Shown: positions 47,906 through 57,293 of the stretch, one piece after another
How positions within the stretch are numbered: position 1 is the first letter of the stretch
How the letters are laid out: every line of letters begins with the position of its first letter
Assembly: GCA_965217585.1 (NCBI GenBank)
Contig: OZ244561.1
Span: 832,001 to 896,000 of the forward strand
Length of the DNA stretch: 64,000 bases
Source of the DNA: Candidatus Latescibacterota bacterium
GTDB lineage: Bacteria > Latescibacterota > UBA2968 > UBA8231
Direction of reading: 5' to 3'
Made by a program: the position numbers and the translations under genes
The notes under the pieces: model-generated
Database searches by the model: none
The model's input: the letters and a program-made list of their open reading frames with translations, nothing else
What the model was told of the DNA's origin: nothing

Positions 47906-50900
47906 TCAGGCTGGGGCCTCGGCCCGTTCCAGCAGCTTGGCGAAGTCGTAGTTGACGCTGGTGACGCCAAAGTCGGGTTCGCGCTGGAAGGGGTGGCGCA
48001 AATAGCTTACGCGGTGACTGCCGCCGTCCAAAAACTCGACTATGGCGAGAATGAAGTCGTCGGGTTTATTGAGGCTGTAGAGAATTTCGTTTTTGGTCAC
48101 CGTGATGGTCGCTGCCCCGCTTGCGCGGCCCTTGACCTCAATGAAGCGCAGCCGCCCCGTGTCGGGCACCCGCGACTCGATATCGTAGCCGAGTTTGTCA
48201 AATTCCCGATCCGTCGGCCCATAGCCGAGGCCGCGTTCTACTTCCATGACAATAGCCCGTGCCCGTGCGGCAACCTCCTGCGTATCCACAGGTGATCGGC
48301 GTCCCACCATAGCGTCCACCAGTCCCTGCGGCACCACCAGCAAGCCGCCGAGCACCACTGGCGATAGCGGTGAAAGCTGTGCTTCAAGTTGCAATTCCTG
48401 TAGCCTCTTGTGCAGCCGAGTCTGCAACGCATCGGCCCGTTTGCGAGCTTCGTCCGAGTTGAGCCGAGCACCGCTGACGCCAGCCTGCTCTTGGAGCTTG
48501 AGCTGTTCGGCGCGGTGATCCCAGTAGGAGATTTCCTTGGTCAGACGGTCCTTGACCGCAGCTTCAGTCTTGTCGATCAACGCCAGCTTGGGATCGCGGA
48601 CTTGGGCTAGATGCTCGGGGACGACTTGAGCCACTGCATAGGCTTGCGCCTTCTGCTCCATTTCTCGGTTGATCCACGCGCATTCCGGTCGCTCCAAGAT
48701 GGCCTCAACGCTAGGCTCGTCTTGGGCCAGCGGCCGATAGTCCAAGTAGGGGGCGTAGTGGAGGTGGCGAGCGTTGCCAGCGACGTCGATTTCGACGTAG
48801 AGCATCTGCTTGGAGACCATCCGGCGGTTGCCCGCCCGCGTTCGGCTCGCGTCTTGAATGGCGTGTTCGAGATAGAAAAGCACGCGCGGTGTCTGCCCCG
48901 GATCGCGCTCGTCAACGAGCACTGCTCCGCGCTTGAGCAGGTCGCGGTGCTGCTCCAGCGTCAGGTCGAGGACGGCGTCTAGTAAGGGGTGTCCCGGGCA
49001 GACGAACGCCGCCGCTGGCTGGCCGGGGGGCGCGACCAGCGATTTGTCGAAGGCGATCCGTTCGTAGCGGGGGAGCACACTTTGGTTGCGGATCGGCGGG
49101 GGGACATGCGTAACCTCGTAGCGGCGCGGCTCACGCTGCCGGGCCGAGCCACCGATTTGCTGGAACGCCTCCAAAAAAAACGCCTCAATGTAATGTGGCT
49201 GTAGGCGGCGCGCCTCGGCCCGCTCCATCTCTTCGCGCACCCTCTGCACACGGCTGGCGTCCATCGCGTCATGGACGAGTTGATGCTCCTCCAGCAGGTC
49301 CTGCAGCGAGCTATGGTCGAGTGCCTGATCGACCGCGGTGTCGAGGCGTGCGCGAACTTCTGGCTGCTCGCCGTAGCGGATGGCTTCGAGCAGAAGGTCG
49401 CGCAACGGCCGCCCCTCGAATTCGAGCTTGCCGAGCACGTCAAACACCTGACCGCCTAGGGCCTGCCGCGCCTGTTCTAGTTTTGTCAGCAGTCGCTGGT
49501 AAACATCACCCTCGCGGGTTTGGTCCGCGACCAGATTCCACAGGTGGCACACTTCCGTCTGGCCGATTCGGTGGATGCGGCCGAAGCGCTGCTCTAGGCG
49601 GTTCGGGTTCCAGGGGAGGTCGTAGTTGACCATCAGGTGCGCTCGCTGGAGGTTGATCCCTTCGCCAGCGGCATCGGTGGCCAGCAGCACCTGTACCGCT
49701 GGGTCGTGGCGGAAGGCTTCCTGCGCTTGGTGGCGATCCTCGCGGGCCATGCCCCCGTGAATGATTACTACCGACTCTGCACGTCCAAGCAACGTGGTGA
49801 TGCGGTCTTGCAGGTAGCGGAGTGTGTCGCGGTGCTCCGTGAAGAGTACCAGCTTCTGCGTAGGGGAGGACATTGGACGCGGGATTTCGCCACTGCCGTA
49901 GGGAGCTGTCGGTTCCCCGATCTGGCCCGCTATACCCGCCGTCGTAAAGACCTCGCTGAGCAGGCTGGCAAGTTCCCGCCACTTCGCGTCTCCACCGCGG
50001 CGACGGACGTCAAGCGCACGATTTTCCAGCATCTTCAGGGTGTCGATTTCCGCCTTCAACTCGGTGATGGAGCGGGCGGCGGTCGCTTGGTCGAGGATGC
50101 GCGTTTCGGCGGCTTCGACCTCGTGCCCTGGTGCGTCGTCGAGATCCTCGATGTCTTCGGCATCAAGCTCTGTGACTGTGGACGCGGCCAAGCCGGGACG
50201 CCGGGACTCCTCCAACTCGCATAGGCGGCTCTCCAAACGCTCTCGTCGTCGGCGCAGCGACTGGTAGATCGCCTCGGGAGACGAAGCGAGCCGCCGCTGG
50301 AGGATCGTCAGGGCGAAGCCGACCGTGCCGGCCCGCTTGGCGTTGGCGAGTGCATCCGCCCGATTGAACTCCTCCCGCACATAGTCGGTGACTGCCTCGT
50401 AGAGCTGGGCTTCCGCCTCTGAGAGCTGGTACGGCACGGTGTAGGCTATGCGCTCGGGAAACAGCGGCTTGCCATCGAACTTGAGCAGCCGCTCCTTGAC
50501 CATGCGCCGCATCAAGTCCGAGACATCGGCCACGTGGACGCCATCGCGGAAGCGGCCCTCAAAGCGGTCGCTGTCGAGCAGCGCCATGAAGAGTTGGAAG
50601 TCTTCTTCCTTGCCATTGTGCGGCGTCGCCGTCATCAGCAGGAAGTGGCGCGTCAATGTCGATAATAACTGTCCCAGTCGATAGCGCTTCGTGTAGTGGA
50701 TCTCGCCTCCGAAGAAACTGGCCGACATCTTGTGCGCCTCGTCGCATACTACCAGATCCCAGCCAGTATCTGGTGCTTGGAGCTTCTGCTGAACCTGTTC
50801 GTCGCGCGCTAGTTTGTCGAGGCGCGCGATGACGAGGTTGGCCTCCAAAAACCAGTTGCCGGTGCGGGCGGCTTCGAGCTTGTCGTTGGTCATAATCTCA

Positions 50901-51433
50901 AAGGGCAACTGGAAGCGCTGAGAGAGTTCGTCCTGCCATTGCTCGGCGAGGCTGCCGGGGCAGACGATCAGGCACCGTTCGAGATCTCCACGGGCGATCA
51001 ACTCCCTGATGAGTAGGCCCGCCATGATGGTCTTACCGGCACCCGGATCGTCGGCGAGGAGAAAGCGCAGCGGCTGGCGCGGTAGCATGGATTCGTACAC
51101 CGCGGTGATCTGATGGGGCAATGGCTCGACGACCGAGGTGTGGACTGCCAGTACGGGATCGAACAGATGCGCAAGGCGAATGCGCAGGGCCTCAGACACC
51201 AGCCGGAATAGGGCCCCATCGCCGTCAAAGCTCCACGGCTGCCCCTGTTCGACTACTTCAATCCGCGCCTCGTCAGAGCGGTAGAGCAGCTCATTGGCCA
51301 CCTTGCCGTCCGGCGTCTTGTAGGTCAGTTCCAGGGCCTCGGAGCCAAACCACTGCACGCTGACGACCACCACGAGGCCATCGGTGAGAATGCCGCGCAC
51401 TGCGGCGTTAGGCTGGAGGTCTTCGAGCGTCAC
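47906..51433 (-). CDS. SNF2-family helicase with C-terminal DUF3883 (PD-(D/E)xK) nuclease domain
   Basis: LADDPGAGKT, DEAH, TATPHNG, ATDAAGEGINLQ, WNPNRLEQRFGRIHRIGQ; GYDIES...FIEVKG. Start set at GTG 51433, 7 nt after the DUF499 stop. Confidence 0.9.
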   Translation of the reverse strand: MTLEDLQPNAAVRGILTDGLVVVVSVQWFGSEALELTYKTPDGKVANELLYRSDEARIEVVEQGQPWSFDGDGALFRLVSEALRIRLAHLFDPVLAVHTSVVEPLPHQITAVYESMLPRQPLRFLLADDPGAGKTIMAGLLIRELIARGDLERCLIVCPGSLAEQWQDELSQRFQLPFEIMTNDKLEAARTGNWFLEANLVIARLDKLARDEQVQQKLQAPDTGWDLVVCDEAHKMSASFFGGEIHYTKRYRLGQLLSTLTRHFLLMTATPHNGKEEDFQLFMALLDSDRFEGRFRDGVHVADVSDLMRRMVKERLLKFDGKPLFPERIAYTVPYQLSEAEAQLYEAVTDYVREEFNRADALANAKRAGTVGFALTILQRRLASSPEAIYQSLRRRRERLESRLCELEESRRPGLAASTVTELDAEDIEDLDDAPGHEVEAAETRILDQATAARSITELKAEIDTLKMLENRALDVRRRGGDAKWRELASLLSEVFTTAGIAGQIGEPTAPYGSGEIPRPMSSPTQKLVLFTEHRDTLRYLQDRITTLLGRAESVVIIHGGMAREDRHQAQEAFRHDPAVQVLLATDAAGEGINLQRAHLMVNYDLPWNPNRLEQRFGRIHRIGQTEVCHLWNLVADQTREGDVYQRLLTKLEQARQALGGQVFDVLGKLEFEGRPLRDLLLEAIRYGEQPEVRARLDTAVDQALDHSSLQDLLEEHQLVHDAMDASRVQRVREEMERAEARRLQPHYIEAFFLEAFQQIGGSARQREPRRYEVTHVPPPIRNQSVLPRYERIAFDKSLVAPPGQPAAAFVCPGHPLLDAVLDLTLEQHRDLLKRGAVLVDERDPGQTPRVLFYLEHAIQDASRTRAGNRRMVSKQMLYVEIDVAGNARHLHYAPYLDYRPLAQDEPSVEAILERPECAWINREMEQKAQAYAVAQVVPEHLAQVRDPKLALIDKTEAAVKDRLTKEISYWDHRAEQLKLQEQAGVSGARLNSDEARKRADALQTRLHKRLQELQLEAQLSPLSPVVLGGLLVVPQGLVDAMVGRRSPVDTQEVAARARAIVMEVERGLGYGPTDREFDKLGYDIESRVPDTGRLRFIEVKGRASGAATITVTKNEILYSLNKPDDFILAIVEFLDGGSHRVSYLRHPFQREPDFGVTSVNYDFAKLLERAEAPA

Positions 51434-51440
51434 TCTCGAC

Positions 51441-54400
51441 CTATTCCCGTTCAAAACCCTGGCTGGAGAACTTGAGCGTCCGGCTGTTCTCGGTGACGGT
51501 GCGCACGACGTGATCGGGCGCACCCGAGGGGATTTCGGCTTCTATCTCTAGGGTCACGGTCACTTTCGCACCTACCAAGCCGGAGAGATGGGCAATGACC
51601 TCATCGGCAATCTGGCTTGCGTCGCGGCCGACGCGGGTAGCATCGAGGGTCACGGCCCCGTGAAAGCGCCGCGCTTTCTGCTCAGGTGGGGGAGGCGTTG
51701 GCTCTGGATGGGTGCCGGTACCGGCCGACGCGCTGGCATTCGTCTCAGCGACGCCGACGCCCGCCCCGGTTGCCGATGACGCTGGCTCTGCCTCCTGCTG
51801 TGCGATCGCGGCTGCGGGCTTGACTAGCAGCCCATCGCTCGCAGGATCAAGCAGGGGGACCTCACGGCCACAGCGGAGTCCGCGATAGCGGCTCGTGGCT
51901 TCATCGAAGGCATCGGCATAAGCGAACGATTCATCTCTCCAGAGGAGAAGCCCCAACCCGTCTTGAATGGCTGCAATTAGGACCTCTGGACCAGCGAGAC
52001 GGGGCAGGTAGAGATAGCGGGCGAAGTGGTCTGCCAACTGGCGGATTTCTACGTGATCGCCACGCCACAAGGGCACCCGGTCGAGTTCCATTCGCAGGCG
52101 CGTGCCCGCGAGCGCCGGTACCAACAGCTCTTCCGACCGCAGTTTCTTGCTGGCGCGCACGGCGAGCGGGTCCTGCCCAGCCAGCCGCAGAGCCTGCCAC
52201 TCGACTGCCGCTTGGGGTGTGGACTGCACTGGCACTAGGAGCCACTGGTAGGCCTCCGGCAGCCGTCCCACCACGGCACCATCCTCCGACTTCAACTGTG
52301 CTTCGGCCTGCCGCACCTGATGCGGGTCGAGGTTCAGGGTCTCTTTGTCTTGGAGGATGGACGACCACGCCAACCAGCGACGAACCGCTTCATCCAGGTC
52401 CTGCAAGCGGGTCTGGTCCACGGCGAGGAAGACCAGCGTATTGCGAAAGAGGCGCGGGGTGTTGCCGCGATTTTCAAGTATGGCGGTGGCCGCGGCCTGC
52501 GCCTTGCTGTTCGACCCGCTGCTGTGCGGGTGCTCAGTCCCCAGCACCACCAGACGAGCGTCCATATCGTCGGGGATGTCAGCGCCGGATTGCGGCACCG
52601 TATGGATGCGCTGGAAATCGCCCGTGCTGCGTAAATCGGCACGCAACCGCTGCTCGATCTCAGCCACCACCGGCGCGGGATCGCGCCTGAATTGATCGGC
52701 CCGGTCTTCCGCCAGCTTAGTGACAGTCGGCTGTGTTGAGTACCAGTAGCGCGGGCCATCCTGATAGAGAAAGGTCGCCTGCGTGCTCAGACGACGCAGG
52801 GCATCGCCAAAGATCGCCGGTGTTTCACCCGGCATTGCGGAGCCGAGCTTTATGCGGCGGTCCTCAATGCCGCGATTGGCTACCGAGGTCGTCGGTGCAG
52901 AGCCGAGGTACACGGTGCGCGCCACCCGACGAGTCGCCGAGAACTTGCCTAGGTTCGCCACCTCGCCGTCAATGTGCTGCGGCAGCGCATTCGGGCCATC
53001 CACATCCGCCTCGATGATCGGCGTCCAGTTGTCGGACAGATAGCGGGTCAACTCGTTGCGGACGTGCAGGTCGTCGATGGGGATGTGCGCTGGCATGATC
53101 AGCGGGTTGCGGTCGCCGCGTTCCCACAGACTGTGGATGACCGCGGCCATCAGACGCAGGACGCCACGGGTGCGCTGAAATTTCACTAGTGCGGACCAGT
53201 CCGTGTAGAGCCGGTCAAAGACCTCGGGATGGATTGGATAGGCGGCACGCAGGCGACGCTCGTAGTCGGCATCTCGACATTCGGCAGGGAACTCCTGCTG
53301 CTGGGCGCGGTAGAAGTCGGCGAAGGTGCGTGAGACATTGTCGCGGGCCGTGAATTGCTCGCGCTCGCTCAAGGGTTCAAATAGGCGGCGGCGCACGATC
53401 TCGAAGCCTTCTTCGGTACTCGCCGGCGTCCATGAGGATTCGACGCGGCCAATGACATTCTTGAGCCGCGCCAGCGCCGCCCGGCCACGGAGGCCACCGA
53501 CTTCCTCGTCTTCACCTTGGGCATGGGGGGAGGTCGCCGTATCCGATGACGGCAAGCTGATCACCAGCAGGCAACAATTCGCCGCCCGCGCGGATTCGGT
53601 CAAGGTCTGGGCAAAGCTGAAGTGGGTTTCAAAACTGCCGGCTGGCAGGTCTGCGTCGTCGTGCAACTGGCGGGCGTAGGCAACCCATTCGTCGATCAGA
53701 ATGAGGCACGGGCCGTATTCGTTCATCAGTTCGCGGAGGATGTCGCCTGGGTTGGTGGCGCGCTCGTCGTCTTGTCGCACTTTGTCGAATGCCGCTTTGC
53801 CGCCGAGTTGCCAAGCGAGTTCGCCCCACAGCGTCCTGACCAAGGTGCCGTCGTCTTTTGCCGACGGGTTGCCGGGCGAGATCTTGTTGCCGACCAGCAC
53901 GACTCGTTTGACGTGGTCGGGCCGTGCGGCGATTTCGGTTGACGCGATCAGGTCGTCGATGCCGAGCAACTCGCCGGTTGGCATTCCAGAGAATAGATGG
54001 TACAGGGCTAGCATCGAGTGGGTCTTGCCGCCACCGAAGTTGGTCTGTAGTTCCACCACTGGATCGCCGCCCTGACTGCTCAGCCGCTGCATCGCTCCGC
54101 TGAGCAGGCTCTTCAGGCTCTCCGTCAGATAGGTGCGGCGAAAAAACTCCGCTGGGTTGCGGTACTCGTCCGTGCCTTCACCGATATGGACCTGCCACAG
54201 GTCCGCGGCGAACTCGGCCTGCTGGTAGCCGCCGCTGGCCACGTCGCGATGCGGGGCCACGACCTCGCGCCAGGGCTTCAGGCTGCCGGTGGCTTGGCTC
54301 TCAACGGTGGTGCCCGCGCCGCGCCGGCGTTCGCTGCGCGCCTGCTCCTCAAAGACCAGACGGCGCAGTTCCATCTTCATGCGATTGACCTCGTCTGCTT

Positions 54401-54779
54401 GCGATGCGGAAACGGCCGTCAGCAGGCGGGCGACGGAGTCGAGAGTGCGGTCGGCGTCATCGCTGGAGAAGCTGTCTTGGTGCGCCCACTTGTTGCGCTG
54501 GTCGCGGATTTCGTTGACGAGGCTGCGCTCGGCACGGCCCAGTACAGTGCGGAACACGTCGTTCCACGTTTCCCACATTAGCTTGAGGAGTGCGGCTACG
54601 TCCCACTGCTCTATGGGCTTGTCCGTCAGGTGTGGATCATCGACAAAGCGCCGGATCGTGTCCATATGTACGCCACCGGCCTTGATTTTGTCTTGGAGTT
54701 CGCGCTCGACAAATGGGCCAAGCCCGGCCTTGAGGAGTTCGAGTGCTTTGCCGACGCGTTCTTGATTGGTAATAGCCAT
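51441..54779 (-). CDS. DUF499 AAA+ ATPase with N-terminal Swt1-like HEPN domain
   Basis: RNKWAH (Rx4H); LKPWREVVAPH.DV..G....AEFAADL; Walker A QTNFGGGKTH; LILIDEW; YPIHPE; FQRTRGVLRL. Confidence 0.9.
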   Translation of the reverse strand: MAITNQERVGKALELLKAGLGPFVERELQDKIKAGGVHMDTIRRFVDDPHLTDKPIEQWDVAALLKLMWETWNDVFRTVLGRAERSLVNEIRDQRNKWAHQDSFSSDDADRTLDSVARLLTAVSASQADEVNRMKMELRRLVFEEQARSERRRGAGTTVESQATGSLKPWREVVAPHRDVASGGYQQAEFAADLWQVHIGEGTDEYRNPAEFFRRTYLTESLKSLLSGAMQRLSSQGGDPVVELQTNFGGGKTHSMLALYHLFSGMPTGELLGIDDLIASTEIAARPDHVKRVVLVGNKISPGNPSAKDDGTLVRTLWGELAWQLGGKAAFDKVRQDDERATNPGDILRELMNEYGPCLILIDEWVAYARQLHDDADLPAGSFETHFSFAQTLTESARAANCCLLVISLPSSDTATSPHAQGEDEEVGGLRGRAALARLKNVIGRVESSWTPASTEEGFEIVRRRLFEPLSEREQFTARDNVSRTFADFYRAQQQEFPAECRDADYERRLRAAYPIHPEVFDRLYTDWSALVKFQRTRGVLRLMAAVIHSLWERGDRNPLIMPAHIPIDDLHVRNELTRYLSDNWTPIIEADVDGPNALPQHIDGEVANLGKFSATRRVARTVYLGSAPTTSVANRGIEDRRIKLGSAMPGETPAIFGDALRRLSTQATFLYQDGPRYWYSTQPTVTKLAEDRADQFRRDPAPVVAEIEQRLRADLRSTGDFQRIHTVPQSGADIPDDMDARLVVLGTEHPHSSGSNSKAQAAATAILENRGNTPRLFRNTLVFLAVDQTRLQDLDEAVRRWLAWSSILQDKETLNLDPHQVRQAEAQLKSEDGAVVGRLPEAYQWLLVPVQSTPQAAVEWQALRLAGQDPLAVRASKKLRSEELLVPALAGTRLRMELDRVPLWRGDHVEIRQLADHFARYLYLPRLAGPEVLIAAIQDGLGLLLWRDESFAYADAFDEATSRYRGLRCGREVPLLDPASDGLLVKPAAAIAQQEAEPASSATGAGVGVAETNASASAGTGTHPEPTPPPPEQKARRFHGAVTLDATRVGRDASQIADEVIAHLSGLVGAKVTVTLEIEAEIPSGAPDHVVRTVTENSRTLKFSSQGFERE

Positions 54780-54867
54780 GTCTTATTCCTTATAAATAGC
54801 TCTTGGTCGCCGTGCGACAGATTGCGCTCGTCCACGGTCCAAGTTGAGTTTCTTGGAGCCGAGGACG

Positions 54868-54915
54868 CAAACGAAGAAGTGAAGCATAGTCAGTATTTGC
54901 AAGTCTTGGCAATAG
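54868..54915 (-). promoter_or_regulatory. Putative sigma70 promoter of the DUF499-helicase unit (copy 1 of a duplicated sequence)
   Basis: Minus strand TTGCCA-N18-TATGCT; core CATAGTCAGTATTTGCAAGT matches 62316-62335 at 19/20. Confidence 0.6.
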
Positions 54916-55096
54916 GACTTGACCGTAAAAACGAAAAGGCTAGCCCAGAGTTCACTGGGTGGATTTTTAGAGAGTACGCAGAAGGGTTGGCTTCCGCGGC
55001 GAAGGTACTTTGCTAATCCCTAAAGGTTTCACTCATGGGTTGTGTCCGATACAGGCGAACCCGGCACGGCCCTGGCCTCCCCGCTGTGCTTCGGCC

Positions 55097-55113
55097 TTGG
55101 CATGGATATTGCA
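55097..55113 (+). promoter_or_regulatory. Candidate sigma54 (-24/-12) promoter upstream of the Rpn gene
   Basis: TTGGCATGGATATTGCA = TGGCA(T)-N5-TTGCA with exact GG-N10-GC spacing, 86 nt before the ATG. Confidence 0.45.
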
Positions 55114-55187
55114 ATTAGGAATTACGAATAGCCCCAACCGACCCTCGTCCGGTTCGGACGGCTTGGTACGCTCTAATTCCTAATTGC
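55111..55187. repeat. Nested inverted repeat immediately upstream of the Rpn gene
   Basis: 14-bp perfect arms GCAATTAGGAATTA / TAATTCCTAATTGC enclosing an inner hairpin CGTCCG-GTT-CGGACG. Confidence 0.75.
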
Positions 55188-55199
55188 CAATAGATCGCC

Positions 55200-56108
55200 A
55201 TGGCCGAATTCGATACCATCTCCAAGCACTTCATCCACACCTACCCGGCCGACTTCGTCCGCTTCGCCCTCCAGCGCGATGACATCGAAGTCGTCGAAGT
55301 GCTGGACACTGAGCAACCTACGGTCGAAGTGCGCCGTACAGACAGCCTCCTCCGCATACGCATCGCTGGCGAGGACGCCTTAGTCCACCACGAATTTCAA
55401 ACCACCGACCACCCGGCCATGCCCCGCCGCATGGCCGGCTACATCGGCCGCAGTATCGAGCACTACGGCCTGCCGGTGTACGCCCACGTCCTCTACCTGC
55501 GCCCGGCCTCCGGGCGACGTGACCCAGGGTACTATATTCAAGAGCATCCAGACTATCCGGTCGTGATCCGCTACAAAGTGATCCGCCTGAGCCAGCTCGC
55601 CGGTCAAGCCGTGCTCGACTGCGAGTTTGTGGGCTTGCTGCCCTTTGCGCCGTTGATGCAGCCGCCAGCCGGTCAGACCGAGGCGGCGTGGTTAGAGCAG
55701 TGTGTGGCACGGGCGGCAGCCCTGCCGCTGGATCGGTCGGTCAAGGCCGATTTTCTCGCGGGGCTGGCGATTTTGAGTGGGTTGGTGTATAATCCGCAGA
55801 CGATCATGGCCATTGTTTCCAAGGAGAACCTCATGGACCTCATCCGCGAATCCTCCTTTGCCCAGTACCTCGCCGAAAATGCCCGTGAGGAGGGAATCAA
55901 GCAAGGCATTGAGCAAGGCATTGAGCAAGGGATCCAAGAAAGCATCCAAGAAGTGTTGGCCCTGCGCTTTCAGCCGGAGGATATGCACTTGTTGGCCAGT
56001 CGCATTGGGGCCATTGACGATGTGCAGCGCCTCAAGCAGTTGCATCGGGCGGCCATCCAGATGCCCAGTCTCGCAGCCTTCAGGCGTCTGTTAAACGCCG
56101 ACGAGTAG
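55200..56108 (+). CDS. Rpn-family (YhgA-like) PD-(D/E)xK nuclease / putative transposase
   Basis: FDTISK...RRTDSLL...HHEFQT...MPRRMAGY...LPVYAHVLYL; LLPFAPL; C-terminal EEGIKQGIEQGIEQG repeat and helical tail. Confidence 0.85.
   Translation: MAEFDTISKHFIHTYPADFVRFALQRDDIEVVEVLDTEQPTVEVRRTDSLLRIRIAGEDALVHHEFQTTDHPAMPRRMAGYIGRSIEHYGLPVYAHVLYLRPASGRRDPGYYIQEHPDYPVVIRYKVIRLSQLAGQAVLDCEFVGLLPFAPLMQPPAGQTEAAWLEQCVARAAALPLDRSVKADFLAGLAILSGLVYNPQTIMAIVSKENLMDLIRESSFAQYLAENAREEGIKQGIEQGIEQGIQESIQEVLALRFQPEDMHLLASRIGAIDDVQRLKQLHRAAIQMPSLAAFRRLLNADE
55833..56108 (+). CDS. Putative intragenic small protein (RpnS-like antitoxin), 91 aa, in frame within Rpn
   Basis: AAGGAG at 55821-55826, 6 nt before an in-frame ATG (MDLIRESSFAQYLAENAREEG...), at the position where Rpn genes are known to re-initiate. 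Confidence 0.6.
   Translation: MDLIRESSFAQYLAENAREEGIKQGIEQGIEQGIQESIQEVLALRFQPEDMHLLASRIGAIDDVQRLKQLHRAAIQMPSLAAFRRLLNADE
55901..55930 (+). repeat. 12-bp coding tandem repeat (GCAAGGCATTGA x2.5) in the Rpn C-terminus
   Basis: Encodes QGIE QGIE QG, a typical variable repeat of Rpn tails. Confidence 0.75.
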
Positions 56109-56224
56109 GCCCGCCGCGTAACCCGCCCGCCCGAGCCATAGGTCCGCGCACCCAAGGGATCACCACAAAACGCGCACCTGTCCTGCCTAAAGGCAGGGTG
56201 AAGCTGGCGTGACATATAGTTTTG

Positions 56225-56272
56225 TTAGGGCCTCTTAGGTGCAGATGTATCAACCACGCATCTTTCTGGCAT
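56225..56272 (-). pseudogene. 15-codon remnant of a PIN-domain (DUF3368/VapC-like) toxin
   Basis: ATG overlapping the end of UPF0175 reads MPERCVVDTSAPKRP*; VVDTS is the first PIN strand with its catalytic Asp, at the position where the partner toxin is expected. Confidence 0.6.
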
Positions 56273-56525
56273 TCTCGAAGTCCTTTTTTAACTCTTCACG
56301 AGTTAGATTCGCAACAGGAACTTTGTACGACTTCAAAATATCAAAAAAAGCCACTCTACCTAGGCCGGCGAGTTCTGCGGCCCGTCCTGAGGATAGGCGA
56401 CCAATTTCATAGAGCTTTGCTGCCAAAAGTATTCGTGCTTCCTGTGCAAATTCATCAGGGGTTTCTTTTAGCGCATCTAGAATGTTGGCGGGGCATTCAA
56501 TTTTTATAGACGTCATCTTCGGCAT
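56250..56525 (-). CDS. UPF0175 family predicted antitoxin
   Basis: EARILLAAKLYEIGRLSSGRAAELAGLGRVAF; start at ATG 56525 or 56516. Confidence 0.85.
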   Translation of the reverse strand: MPKMTSIKIECPANILDALKETPDEFAQEARILLAAKLYEIGRLSSGRAAELAGLGRVAFFDILKSYKVPVANLTREELKKDFENARKMRG

Positions 56526-56569
56526 GGTGCTTGCCCTTGGTCTTGTTGTGTAGCTTGCGTTCGACAAAC

Positions 56570-56980
56570 TTATTCAGCGGTTGTGCGCCGCTCAAACTCG
56601 GCTGCTATCGAGTTGTAAACCTCTCGTGCCTGCGACACCGCCTGTTCGGCATCAGTCGCTGTGGCCTCTTGCCAATCGCCTGGATACCGTGCCTCGACAG
56701 CCCATTCCGTCAATTGAGCAAGATCAGTGTGTGTACGCCGCACCGACCAAGTATCTGGGAGAAGGTTGCGCAAGGCATCTAGGTCGTGTCGGAACGGAAA
56801 GTCTATTCCCTCCAGTACCAGTGCTGCCTTCAACGCCTTTTCTGCAGCTTGCTGGGAGAGGAAACAGGCGTGACGAGGGGAGGACCCATCCGCTGCTAGC
56901 AAGCGTTGTGCAGCATCGATATCCTCCGTCGCGAAACGAAGCCAGCGGCGAGCTTCGTCAACTAGTTCAGGGGCGTTCAT
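56570..56980 (-). CDS. HEPN domain protein (partner of MNT)
   Basis: WLRFATEDI..A..L, ACFLSQQAAEKALKA, FRHDL, EARYPG. Confidence 0.85.
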   Translation of the reverse strand: MNAPELVDEARRWLRFATEDIDAAQRLLAADGSSPRHACFLSQQAAEKALKAALVLEGIDFPFRHDLDALRNLLPDTWSVRRTHTDLAQLTEWAVEARYPGDWQEATATDAEQAVSQAREVYNSIAAEFERRTTAE

Positions 56981-57293
56981 AGAGAACCTTCCCTTCGCGG
57001 AGAGCTGAACGCAACACGGTTCCCACGAGATGCCCGCGACGAGCGACTTCTTCGGGAGTCGCTACCACTATGTCCTTGCAGACTGGCAGATCGCCCAAGG
57101 CCCGGCGGATCTCGATAGCCGTGTGCCGCTTGTCGGACACATTGGGCAGAATTACGAGCAGGTCCACGTCGCTCCATTCGGTTGCCGTGCCCCGTGCATG
57201 GGACCCGAAGAGGACGACCCGCGAAGGCTGGAAGCCTCTCACGATGCGGTCCACCATAGTTGATATGAATGTTTCCGATGCGGCTACGTTCAT
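56967..57293 (-). CDS. Minimal nucleotidyltransferase (MNT) domain protein
   Basis: [10 protein letters not shown]...SDVDLLV; DIVVAT; ATGA-coupled to the methyltransferase stop. Confidence 0.88.
   Translation of the reverse strand: MNVAASETFISTMVDRIVRGFQPSRVVLFGSHARGTATEWSDVDLLVILPNVSDKRHTAIEIRRALGDLPVCKDIVVATPEEVARRGHLVGTVLRSALREGKVLYERP

Noticed and set aside
54630-55016. 128-aa + strand ORF as a missing small subunit (e.g. DUF3780)
   Set aside because: Wrong strand, overlaps the DUF499 start and its promoter, and has no recognisable motif.
56182-56197. Hairpin CCTGCCT-AA-AGGCAGG resembling an IS200/IS605 end palindrome
   Set aside because: Only 7 bp, single copy, with no tnpA or tnpB nearby; it may just be a weak terminator after Rpn.
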